NCBI RefSeq assembly: GCF_018977255.1
Contig: NW_024705552.1
Coordinates: forward strand, 1-34,939
Reading direction: 5' to 3'
Length of the DNA: 34,939 nt
Source of the DNA: Callorhinchus milii
Lineage: Eukaryota
Shown here: piece after piece, positions 11,019 to 23,125 of the stretch
Numbering within the stretch: position 1 is the first letter of the stretch
Layout of the letters: each line of letters opens with the position of its first letter
Translations under genes and position numbers: made by a program
The notes under the pieces: model-generated
Told to the model about the DNA's origin: nothing
The model's input: only the letters and a program-made list of their open reading frames with translations
Database searches by the model: none

Positions 11019-11264
11019 TTGACATAGTCCATAGAAAGACCAGCCTGAGCCAAGCTCCACCACACTCAAACTGACCATTTCACTGCTCTGAACCACAAGC
11101 CTCCAGCAACTCATCTGCTCTCTGAGCTGATGAAGTAACTCCTTCCTCCAATGGTTTGACTGAGCTCAGCCTCTGGTTAAATACCCAAAGGTTCAGGTTT
11201 GACATGTGGCCAATGAGCGAATCACATTCCTCACGAGGTCCAGTTGAAGGTCCTCCCTTCACAG
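11019..11264 (-). CDS. Candidate exon of an unidentified gene: coding 11264-11080 (phase-1 start, VKGGPSTG...ACGSEQ*), then 61 nt of post-stop sequence ending at a splice donor
   Basis: Acceptor ctgactgtttccag|CTGTGAAG (modest), a 60-codon open frame in non-repetitive sequence, and donor CAA|gtaagtctg at 11018. Protein not recognised. Confidence 0.35.
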
Positions 11265-14200
11265 CTGGAAACAGTCAGTATCATCACATGGGCTGTTGGC
11301 TATTGGATGGTTCAGATAATTCATAGGGTTTATATTCATTACTTTAGAACATTTACCCTTTTCTAGAATTTCCTATTGAATGCTTCAGAGACACCATCAA
11401 ACACACCATCAAATCAGATCACAAACACTAAAAGGTGTGAAAAAGAAGGAGAACAATTGCAATAGAGAGAAGGTGTAATAGACAGAGGGTGTGATAGAGA
11501 GAGATAGTTTGTTAGAAAGATTGGAATAGACAGAGAAAGTGTGAAAGAGAGAAGCAGAAACTTTGCGATAGAGAGAGAAAGTGTGTTAGAAAGATTGGAA
11601 TAGAGAGAAACAAAGTATCATAGAGGAGAAAGATTGCAATGGAAAAAAAGTGATAGAGAGAAGAACGATTCTGATAAAGAGAAAGTGTGAAAGAGAGGAG
11701 AGAGATGGCAGTAGAGAGAAAGTCTGATAGAGAAAATGTGATAGAGAAGGAGAAAGATTGAAATAGAGAGAGAAAGTGTGAAAGAGAGGACAAAGATTGG
11801 AATAGAGAGAGAGTGTGGTAAGGAGAAAGATTCTGATAGAGAGAAAGAGTGATGGAGAGGGAAAGGGTTGTAATAGAGAGAGCAAGTGTGATAGAGCGAA
11901 AGTGTGTTAGAAAGAAGGAGAAAGATTCGAATAGAGAGAGACAAAGTACGATAGAGAGCAGAAAGATTGTATTAGAGAGAAAGAAAGAGAAAAATTGTGA
12001 TAGAGGGAGAGAAAGTGTGAAAAGGAAAAGGAGAAAGGTTGCAACAGATACAGAGCAATTGTGACAGAGAACGAAAAAGTTTGCAAAAAAAGGAAATGTG
12101 AGAGGAGGAAAATCGGGATACAGAAGGAGAAAGATTGCGATAGAGAGAAAGTGTGAAAGAGAAGGAAAAAGATTGCAATAGAAAGTGTGACACAGAAGGA
12201 GAAAGATTGCAATAGAGAGAAAGTGTGATAGAGAAAGAGAACGAATCTGATTGAGAGAGAAAGTGTGTCAGAAAGAAGGAGAAAGATTGTGGTAGAGAGA
12301 GAGAAAGTATAATGGAGAGAAGCAGAAAAATTGCGATAAAGAAGAAATGTGAGAGAGGTGGAAAATTGGGCGAGAGGAGAGCGATAGAGAGAAAAAGTGT
12401 GTTAGAAGGATTGGAATAGAGAGAGACAAAGTATTATAGAGATAATATTGCAATAGAGAGTGTGATAGAGAGCAGAAAGATTGCATAGAGAGGAGAAAGA
12501 TTGCAATAGAGACAAAATGTGATAAGTAGAGAAAGTGTTTTAAAAAGGAGAAAGAGTGTAATTCAGAGAGAGAAAGTGTGAAAGAGAGAAGAAAGATCGC
12601 GATAGAGAGAAAGTGTGATAGAGAGGACAAAGATTCTGATAGAGAGGACAGTGATCGCAATAGAGAGGAGAAAGATTGCGATAGAGAGGAAGAGTGATAG
12701 AGAGGAGAAAGATTGTAATAGAGAGAGTGTGGTAAGGAGAAAGATTCTGCTAGAGGGAAAAGGTTGTAATAGAGAGAGCAAGTGTGATAGAGAGAGAAAC
12801 ATTGCGATGGTGAGAAGGTGCGATGGCGAGAATGAGAAATATTGTGATAGACAGAAAGTGCGACAGAGACGGAAAAGGTTGTAATAGAGAGAAGGTGAAA
12901 GATTCTGATAGGAGTGAGAGAGAGCACAACGTTTGTGTTACAGAGAGACAAAGTATGATGGAGAGAAGGAGAAAGATTGCATTAGAGAGTGAAAGTATGA
13001 TAGAGAGGAGAAAGATTGCGATAAAGAGAAAGTGTAAAAGAGAAAGATTCTGATAGAAAGAGTGACAGAGAGGGAAACGTTTGTAATAGAGAGAGAAAGT
13101 GTGACAGAGAGGAGAAATGTTCCAATAGAGAGAAAGTGTGAAAGAATACGATAGAGAGAAAGTGTTAGAAAGATTGGAATAGAGAAAGTGTGATAGAGAG
13201 GAGAAAGATTGCAATAGAGAGAGTGTGATAGAGAAGGAGAAAGATTGAATAGAGAGAGAGAGTGTGATAAGGAGGAGAAAGATTGCAATAGACAGAAGGT
13301 ATGACAGAGAAGGAGAAAGATTGTGATAGTGAGAAAGATTGCGATAGAGAGAAAGTGTGATAGAGGGATAGGGTTGTAATAGAGAGAGCAAGTGTGATAG
13401 AGAGAAAGTGGGTTAGAAAGAAGGAGAAACATTGCGATGGCGAGAAGGAGAAATATTGTGATACACAGAAAGTGCGACAGAGATGGAAAAGGTTGTAATA
13501 GAGAGAAGGTGAAAGATTCTGATAGGAGTGAGAGAGAGGGCAACGTTTGCAATAGAGAGACAAAGTATGATGGAGAGAAGGAGAAAGATTGCATTGGAGA
13601 GTAAAAGTGTGATAGAGAGGAGAAAGATTGTGATAGAGAAAAGGAGAAAGAATGCAATAGAGAGAAAGTGATTGCAATAGAGTGCAAGTGATAGAGAGGA
13701 GAAAGATTGCAATAGAGGGAAAGAAAGATTGTAACAGAATAAATGTAATAGAGAGGAGAAAGATAGTGATAGAGGGCAAGTGTGACAGACGGAAAAGGTT
13801 GTAATGGAGAGGAGAAAGATTCTAATAGAAAGAGTGATAGAGAGGGAAAAAGATTGCAATAGAGAGAGAAAGTGTGATAGAGAGAAAGAGAACGATTCTG
13901 ATAGAGAGAGAAAGTGTTAGAAAGAAGGAAAAAGATTGTAATAGAAAAAGACAAACTGTGAAAGAGAGAAGTAGAAAGATTGTGTTAGAGAGAAAGTGTG
14001 ATAGAGAGAAAGTGATATAGACGGAAAAGGTTGTAATAGAGAGAGAAAGTGTGAGAGAAAGAAAACGATTCTGATGGAGAGAGAAAGTATAATACAGAGA
14101 AGCAGAAAAATTGTGATAAAGAAGAAATGAGAGAGAGAGGAGGAAAATTGGGCGACAGAAGGAGAGCGAGAGAGTGTTAGAAGGATTGGAATAGAGAGAG

Positions 14201-17200
14201 ACAAAGTGTGATAGAGAGGAGAAAGATTGCAATAGAGAGAAAGTAATAGAGGAGAAAGATTCTGATACAACGATTGATAGAGAGGGAAAAGTTTGTAATA
14301 GAGAGGAGAAAGATTCTGATAGAGAGTCATAGAGAGGAGAGCGATGAAAATAGAGAGAAAGTGTAATAGAGAATAAAAGTTTGGAATGGAGAGAGAAAGA
14401 GAGAAGAAAGATTGTGATGGAGAGAAGGAGAAAGATTGCAATAGTGAGAAAGATTGCGATAGAAAGTGTGATAAAGGAGAAAGATTGTAATATACAGAGG
14501 TAAAGTACGATAGAGTGAGAAAGTGTGAGAGGGAAAGAAAGTGTTAGAAAGTAGGAGAAAGTTTGGAATAGAGAGAGAGAAAGTGAAAAAGGAAAAAAAT
14601 TGCAATAGACGGAAGGAGAAAGATTGCAATCGTGAGAAAGAGAAAGATTGCGATAGAGAGAGCGTGATAGAGAGAAGGAGAATTATTGCAATAGAGAGAG
14701 TGTGATAGAGGAGAAAGATTGCAATAGAGAGAGCGTGAGAGAGAGAAGGAGAATTATTGCAATAGAGAGAGTGTGATAGAGGAGAAAGATGGCATGAGAC
14801 AGAGATTGTGACAGAGGAGAAAGATTGCAATAGAGAGAAAGTGTGATAGAGGAACAGAGTATGATAGAGGAGAAAGATTACAATAGAGAGAAGGAGAAAG
14901 AATGTGATAAAGTGTGTTAGAAAGAGAAAGTGTGACAGAGAAGGAGAAAGACGGCAATAGAGTGTGATAGAGGAGAAAGATTGCAATAGTGAGAAAGATT
15001 GCGACAGAAAGTGTGATAAAGAGGAGAAAGATTAATATACAGAGGCAAAGTTCGATAGAGTGAGAAAGTGAGAGGGAGAGAAAGTGTGTTAGAAAGAAGG
15101 AGAAAGATTGCAATAGAGAGAATGTGGGATAGAGGGAAAAGGTTGTAATATAGAGGACAAAGATTCTGATAGAGAGGAGTGATCGCAATAAAGAGGAGAA
15201 AGATGGCGATAGAGAGGAAGTATGATGGAGAGGGAAAAGATTGTAATAGAGAGCAAGTGTGATAGAGAGAAAGTGGGTTAGAAAGGAGAAACATTGCGAT
15301 GGCGAGAAGGAGAAATATTGTGATAGACAGAAAGTGCGACACAGATGGAAAATGTTGTAATAGAGAGAAGGCGAAAGATTCTGATAGGAGTGAGAGAGGG
15401 CAACGTTTGTAACAGAGAAAGACAAGGAGAGCGATAGAGAGAGTGTTAGAAGGATTGGAATAGAGAGAGAAAGTGTAATAGAGAGGAGAAAGATTCTGAT
15501 AGAAAGAGTGATATAGAGAAGAGATGAAAATAAAGAGAAAGTGAGAGAGAAGAGAAAGCTTTGAATAGAGGGAAAGTGTGAAAGAGAGAAGAAAGATTGT
15601 GATAGTGAGAAACTTTGATAGAGGGAACGAGAAAGTTTGCAATAGAGTGTGATAGAGAGGAGAAAGACTGCAACACAGAAAGTGTGATAGAGAGAGTGTG
15701 ATAGAGAGGAGAGATTGCAATAGAGAGGAGAAATATTCTAATGGAGAGAGAAAGTGCGTTAGAAAGAAGGATAAAGATATTAATAGAGAGACAACGTACG
15801 ATAGAGAGGATAAAGATTACAATAGAGAGAAAGTTTGATAGAGATGGAGAGAAATTCTGATAGAGAGAGAAAGTGTGTTAGAAAGAAGGAGAAAGATTGT
15901 CATAGAAAAAGACAAACTGTGAAAGAGAGAAGGAGAAAGATTGTGTTAGAGAGAAAGTGTGACAGAGAGGGAAAAGGTTGTAATAGAGAGAAGGTGAAAG
16001 ATTCTGATAGGAGTGAGAGAGAGGGCAACGTTTGTAATAGAGAAAGACAAAGTATGATGGAGAGAAGGAGAAAGATTGCATTAGAGAGTGAAAGTGTGAT
16101 AGAGAGGAGAAAGATTCTGATAGAGAGACCGTGTGATATAGAGAGAAGAAAGATTGCGATAGAAAGAAAGTGTTAGAAAGGAGGAGAAAGATTGGAAGGC
16201 AGAGAGAGAAAGTGAAAGACAAAAATTGTGTTAAAGAAATGAGAGAGAGAGGAGGAAAATTGGGCGACAGAAGGAGAGCGATAGAGAGAGTGTTAGAAGG
16301 ATTGGAATAGAGAGAGAAAGTAATAGAGAGGAGAAAGATTCTGATAGAAAGAGTGATATAGAGAAGAGATGAAAATAAAGAGGAAGTGAGAGAGAAGAGA
16401 AAGCTTTGAATAGAGGGAAAGTGTGAAAGAGAGAAGAAAGATTGTGATAGTGAGAAACTTTGATAGAGGGAACGAGAAAGTTTGCAATAGAGTGTGATAG
16501 AGAGGAGAAAGACTGCAACACAGAAAGTGTGAGAGAGGAGAAAGATTGCGATAGAGAGAGTGTGATAGAGAGGAGAGATTGCAATAGAGAGGAGAAATAT
16601 TCTAATGGAGAGAGAAAGTGCGTTAGAAAGAAGGATAAAGATTTTAATAGAGAGACAACGTACGATAGAGAGGATAAAGATTACAATAGAGAGAAAGTTT
16701 GATAGAGATGGAGAGAAATTCTGATAGAGAGAGAAAGTGTGTTAGAAAGAAGGAGAAAGATTGTCATAGAAAAAGACAAACTGTGAAAGAGAGGAGAAAG
16801 ATTGTGTTAGAGAGAAAGTGTGACAGAGGGAAAAGGTTGTAATAGAGAGGTGAAAGATTCTGATAGGAGTGAGAGAGAGGGCAACGTTTGTAATACAGAA
16901 AGACAAAGTATGATGGAGAGAAGGAGAAAGATTGCATTAGAGAGTGAAAGTGTGATAGAGAGGAGAAAGATTCTGACAGAGAGAAAGTGTTAGAAAGGAG
17001 GAGAAAGATTGGAAGGCAGAGAGAGAAAGTGAAAGACAGAAGGAGAAAGACTGTGATAGAGAGAGAGTGTGATAGAGAGGAGAAACATTCTGATAGAAAG
17101 AGTGATAGAGAGGGAAAAGTTTGTAATGGAGAGAAAGTGTAATAGAGAAGAGAAAGATTCTGGTACAAAGAGTGATAGAGAAGATTTAATAGAGAGAGAA

Positions 17201-17704
17201 AGCGTGATAGAGAGAAGGAGAACGCTTGTGATAGAGAGAGATAAAGTGTAACAGAGAAGCAGAAAAATTAGATAAAGACGAAATGTGAGAGGAGGAAAGT
17301 TGGGCGACAGAAGGAGAGCGATAGAGAGAGAAAGTGTTGGAGAGGAGAAAGATTGCAATAGAGAGAGACTGTGATAGAGAGGAGAAAGATTCTGATAGAA
17401 AGAGTGATAGAGCGGAGAGAGATTAAAATAGAGAGAAAGTGTGATAAAGAGAAAGTTTGGAATAGAGAGGGAAAGTGTGAAAGAGGGAAGAAAGATTGTG
17501 ATATTGAGAAAGTTTGATAGAGGGAACGAGAAAGTTTGCAATAGAGAGTGTGAAAGAGAGGAGAAAGACTGCAACACAGAAAGTGTGATAGAGAGGAGAA
17601 AGATTGTAATAGAGAGAAAGTGTGATAGAGACGGAAAAGGTTGTGATAGAGAGGAGAAAGATTCTGATAGAAAGGGCTAATATTTAACAGAGAGAGAAAG
17701 TGTG

Positions 17705-18029
17705 ATAATAATAATAATAATAATAATCCTGGCATTTGATATAGCGCTTTTCACGTCGGGAGGACGTCCCAAAGCGCTTCACAGAACACACTGTAAAGTG
17801 AATTGACTGTATATTTGTGGGCGAACGCGGCAGCCAATTGCGCACAGCAATGTCGCACAAACAGTCGTAGATTGACCAATTTATTATTGTTTTTGGTTTT
17901 GGAGGGACTATTATTAGGCTCTGTGTGGAGTAAGGAAACTTGCCCGAGGTTTGGCCCTCTGCCTGGAATTGAACTCAGGTCTCTCACTTGCAAAGCGAGT
18001 GCTCTAACCACTGAGCTACAGGACTCCAC
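17705..18029 (-). mobile_element. tRNA-derived SINE with L2-type 3' tail and (ATT)n end, full length
   Basis: Head gtggagtcctgtagctcagtggttagagcactcgctttgcaagtgagagacctgagttcaattccagg (A box tagctcagtgg, B box gagttcaattcc). The 3' part ctgtttgtg...gctgtgcgcaattggctgccgcg...aagcgctttgggacgtcc...gtgaaaagcgctatat resembles, from memory, the 3' region of DeuSINE-type elements (AmnSINE1/SacSINE1). Confidence 0.95.
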
Positions 18030-21000
18030 TTTTCCCGAAGAGAGGTGTGATGGAGAGAAGGTGTGACAGAGACGGAAAAGGTTGTAATAGAGAGGAGAAA
18101 GATTCTGATAGAAAGAGTGAAAGAGAGCAGCGATATTAAATAGAGAGAAAGTGCGAAAGAGAAGAGAAAGTTTGGAATAGAGGGAAGTGTGAAGAAAGAT
18201 TGTGCTAGAGAGAAAGTGATGGAGAGGAGAACGAGTGCGATAGAAAGTGTTAGAAAAATTGGAATAGAGAGAAAGTGTGATAGAGAGAAGGAGAAAGATT
18301 GGAATAGAGAGAGTGAGAAAGATTGCAATAGAGAGAGAGTGTGATAGAGAAAAGGAGAAAGATTGCAATAGAGAGGAGAAATATTCCAATGGAGAGAGAA
18401 AGTGTGTTAGAAAGAAGGATAAAGATTTTAATAGAGAGACAACGTACGATAGAGAGGATAAAGATTACAATGGAAGAAAGTTTGATATAGAGAGAGAAAG
18501 TGTGTTAGAAAGAAGGAGAAAGATTGTCATAGAAAAAGACAAACTGAAAGAGAGCAGGAGAAAGATTGTGTTAGAGAGACAGTGTGACAGAGAAAAGGTT
18601 GTAATAGAGAGAAAGTGAAAGATTCTGATAGGAGTGAGAGAGGGCAATGTTTGTAATAGAGAGAGACAAAGTATGATGGAGAGAAGGAGAAAGATTGCAT
18701 TAGAGAGTGAAAGTGTGATAGAGAGAACGTGTGATAGAGAGAAAGTGTTAGAAAGTAGGAGAAAGAATGGAAGGCAGAGAGAGAAAGTGAAAGACAGAAG
18801 GAGAAAGATTGTGATAGAGAGAGAGTGTGATAGAGAGAAGGAAAAACATTCTGATAGAAAGAGTGATAGAGAGGGAAAAGTTTGTGATGGAGAGAAAGTG
18901 CAATAGAGAAAGTTTGGAATAGAGAAGGAAAGTGTGAAAGGGAGAAGAAAGATTGTGATAGAGAGAAAGTGTAATAGAGAGGAGAAAGATTCTGATAGAG
19001 AGAGTGATAGAGTGGAGAAAGATTAAAATATGGAGAAAGTGCCATAGAGAAGAGAAAGATTGCAATAGAGAGAAACTGATTGAGAGAAGGAGAAAAATTG
19101 CAATAGAGACCAAGTGTAATAGAGAGAAGGAGAAAGATTTTGATAGAAAGAGAGATAGAGGGAAAACTTTGTAATAGAAAGAGAAAGTGTGACGGAGAGA
19201 AGGTTTGACAGAGGAGAAATATTCTGATAGAGAGAAAGTGTGAAAGACAGAAGGAGAAAGATTGTGATAGAGAGAAAGTGTGATAGAGAGGAGAAAGATT
19301 CTGATAGAAAGAGTGATAGAAAGGATAGAGATTAAAATAGAGAGAAATTGTGATAGAGAGGAGAAAGATTGCAATAGAGAGAAACTGTGATTGAGAGAAG
19401 GAGAAAGACTCTGATAGAAAGAGTGATAGAGAGGGAAATGTTTGTAACAGAGAGAAAGAGTGACAGAGAGAAAGTGTGACAGAGGAGAAATATTCTGATA
19501 CAGAGAAAGTGCGACAGAGACGGAAAAGGTTGTAATAGAGAGAAGGTGAAAGATTCTGATAGGAGTGAGTGAGAGGGCAACGTTTGTAATAGAGAGAGAG
19601 ACAAAGTATGATGGAGAAAGATGGCGTTAGAGAGTGAAAGTGTGATAGAGAGGAGAAAGATTCTGATGAGAGAGAAAGTGTATTAGAAAGAAGGATAAAG
19701 ATTTTAAGAGAGAACATACGATAGAGAGGATAAAGATTGCAATAGAGAGAAAGTTTGATAGAGAGAGGGAGAGAAATTCTGATCGAAGGAGAAAGTGTGT
19801 TAGAAAGAAGGAAAAAGATTGTAATAGACAAACTGTGAAAGAGGAGAAAGATTGTGTTAGAGAGAAAGTGTGAAAGAGAGAAGGAGAGATTACAATAGAG
19901 AGAAGCAGAAAGAATGCGATGAAGTGTGTTAGAAAGATTGGAATAGAGAGAGAGAGTGTGATAGAGGAGAAAGATTGCAATAGAGAGAGCGTGATAGAGA
20001 GAAGGAGAATTATTGCAATAGAGAGAGTGTGATAGAGGAGAAAGATTGCAATAGAGAGAGCGTGATAGAGAGAAGGAGAATTATTGCAATAGAGAGAGTG
20101 TGATAGAGGAGAAAGATGGCATGAGACAGAGATTGTGACAGAGGAGAAAGATTGCAATAGAGAGAAAGTGTGATAGAGGAACAGAGTATGATAGAGGAGA
20201 AAGATTACAATAGAGAGAAGGAGAAAGAATGTGATAAAGTGTGTTAGAAAGAGAAAGTGTGACAGAGAAGGAGAAAGACGGCAATAGAGTGTGATAGAGG
20301 AGAAAGATTGCAATAGTGAGAAAGATTGCGACAGAAAGTGTGATAAAGAGGAGAAAGATTGTAATATACAGAGGCAAAGTAAGATAGTGAGAAAGTGTGA
20401 AAGGGAGAGAAAGTGTATTAGAAAGAAGGAGAAAGGTTGGAATGCAGAGAGAGAAAGTGTGAAAGAGGAGGAAGATTGCGATAGAGAGAAAGTTTGATAG
20501 AGGAGAAGGATTGCAATAGAGAGTGAAAAGCAGAAAGATTTTGATAGAGAGAAAGTGTGATAGAGAGGGAAAAGCTTGTAATAGAGAGAGCAAGTGTGAT
20601 AGAGAGGACAAAGATTCTGATAGAAAGTGTGACAGAGACGGAAAAGTTTGTGATAGAGAGAAATTCTGACAGAAACAGTGATAGAGAGAAAGAGAACGAT
20701 TCTGAAAGAGAAAGTGTGTTAGAAAGAATGAGAAAGATTGTGATAGAGAGAGAGAAAGTATAATAGAGAAGCAGAAAAATTGTGATAAAGAAGAAATGTG
20801 AGAGGAGAAAATTGGGCGAGAGAAGGAGCGATAGAGAGAGAAAGTGTGTTAGAAGAATTGGAATAGAGAGATAGAAAGTTTGATAGAGAGGAGAAAGATT
20901 GTAATAGAAAGTGTGTCAAAGATTGGAATAGAGAAGAGAGAAAGTGTGATACAGAGGAGAAGGATTGCGATAGAGAGAAAGTGGGATAGAGGAGAAAGAT

Positions 21001-22580
21001 TCTGATAGAAAGAGTGATAGAGAGGGAAAGTTTGTAACAGAGAAAGTGTGATGGGGAGAAAGTGTGACGGAGAGGAGAAATATTCTGATAGAGAAAAGTG
21101 ACAGTGACGGAAAAGGTTGTAATAGAGAGGAGAAAGATTCTGATAGAAAGAGTGATAGAGAGGGCAAAAATTGTAATAGAGAGAGAGAAAGTGTGATAGA
21201 GAGAAAGAGAACGATTCTGATAGAGAGAGAAAGTGTGTTAGAAAGAAGGAAAAAGATTGTAATAGAAAAAGACAAACTGTGAAAGAGAGAAGGAGAAAGA
21301 TTGTGTTAGAGAGAGTGTGATAGAGAGAAGGAGAAAGAATGCGATGAAGTGTGTTAGAAAGATTGGAATAGAGAGAGAGAAAGTGCGATAGAGAGAAGTA
21401 GAAAGATTGCAATAGAGAGAAAGTGTGATAGAGAGGAGAAAGATTGCAATAGTGAGAAAGATTGCGACAGAGAGAAAGTATGATAAAGAGGAGAAAGATT
21501 GTAATACACAGAGGTAAAGTACGATAGAGTGAGAAAGTGTGAGAGGGAGAGAAAGTGTTAGAAAGAAGGAGAAAGATTGGAATGTAGAGAAAGTGTGAAA
21601 GAGAAGGAGAAAGATTGCGATAGAGAGAAAGTTTGATAGAGAGGAGAAAGATTGCAGTAGAGAGCGTGCGGTAAGGAGAAACATTCTGATAGAGACAAAA
21701 TGTGATAGAGAGGGAAAAGCTTGTAATAGAGAGCAAATGTGATAGAGAGAAAGTGTGTTAGAAAGAAGGAGAAACACTGCAATGGCGAGAAGGAGAAATA
21801 TTGTGATACACAGAAAGTGCGACAGAGACGGAAAAGGTTGTAATAGAGAGAAGGTGAAAGATTCTGATAGGAGTGAGAGCGGACAACGTTTGTAATAGAG
21901 AGAGACGAAGTATGATGGAGAGAAGGAGAAAGGTTGCATTAGACAGTGAAAGTGTGATAGAGAGGAGAAAGATTGTGATAGAGAGAAAGTGAATGACTCT
22001 GATTGTGATAGAGAGAGAAAGTATAATAGAGAGAAGCAGAAAAATTGCAATAAAGAAGAAATGTGAGAGGGGAGGAAAATTGGGCGACAGAAGGAGAGCG
22101 ATAGAGAGAGAGTGTGTGTTAGAAGGATTGGAATAGAGAGACAAAGTGTGATAGAGATAAGATTGCAATAGAGAGAGAGTGTGACAGAGAGGAGAAAGAT
22201 TGCAATAGAGACAAAGTGTGATAGGTAGAGAAAGTGTGTTAGAAAGGAGAAAGATTGTCATGCAGAGAGAGAAAGTGTGAAAGAGAGGAGAAAGATCGTG
22301 ATAGAGCGAAAGTGTGACAGAGAGGGAAAAGGTTGTAATAGAGAGGACAAAGATTCTGATAGAGAGGACAGTGATTGCAATTGAGAGGAGTGATAGAGAG
22401 GAGAATGATTGTAATAGAGAGAGTGTGTGGTAAGGAGAATGATTCTGATAGAGGGAAAAGGTTTTAATAGAGAGAGCAAATGTGATACAACAACAACAAC
22501 AATATTCCATTTATAAAGCGCGTTTCACGTCAGGAGGACGTCCCAAGGCGCTGCACAGTTGGGTCATGACCCGAGCATTG

Positions 22581-22710
22581 GGGGGAAATGGTCAGGGTGA
22601 GGGGAGGGAAGGGAGGGAGCGAGGAGTGGGGAAATGGTCAGGGTGAGGGAAGGGAAGGGAGGGACGAGGAGGGGGGAAATGGTCAGGGTGAGGGGAGGGA
22701 GCGAGGAGGG
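22581..22710. repeat. Three G-rich ~46-bp tandem copies at the L2 ORF end/3' UTR
   Basis: ggggaaatggtcagggtgaggg...gggagcgaggag occurs three times; the copies overlap the stop codon at 22683. Confidence 0.85.
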
Positions 22711-23045
22711 GGTAGAGAGTCGAGAGGGGAGCTGAAGGCTCGGTCAAAGAGAAAGGTTTTGAGACCGGCCTTGAAGGAGGAAAGGGAGGAAGCGGCGAAG
22801 GCACTGGGGGATGGAGTTCCAGAGCCTCGGGGCTGAGAGGCTGAAGGCCCGACCACCGATGGTAGGGCGGTTGGGGCGGGGGACGTGGAGCAGACCGGAG
22901 CCGGAGGAACGGAGGGTACGGGCAGGTACGTGGGGGATAGTAGGTCGGAGAGGTAGGAGGGAGCGAGGCCGTGAATGGCCTTGTAGGTGAGGATGAGGAT
23001 CTTGAAATCAATCCTCTGGGGGATGGGGAGCCAGTGGAGGCGAGC

Positions 23046-23125
23046 GAGGGTGGGAGTGAGGGTGAGGGTGAAGGCGAGGGCGAGGGCGAGGGTGAGGGCG
23101 AGGGTGAGGGTGAGGGTGGGAGTGA
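23046..23125. repeat. (GAGGGT/GAGGGC)n hexamer expansion inside the L2 ORF
   Basis: gagggtgggagtga occurs at 23046 and 23112 with hexamers between: a 66-bp in-frame addition (TLTLTLALTLALALAFTLTLTP). Confidence 0.9.

Noticed and set aside
17955..18029. tRNA gene (TGC anticodon-like)
   Set aside because: It is the SINE head, continuing directly into SINE body and L2-type tail, and it recurs with the SINE.
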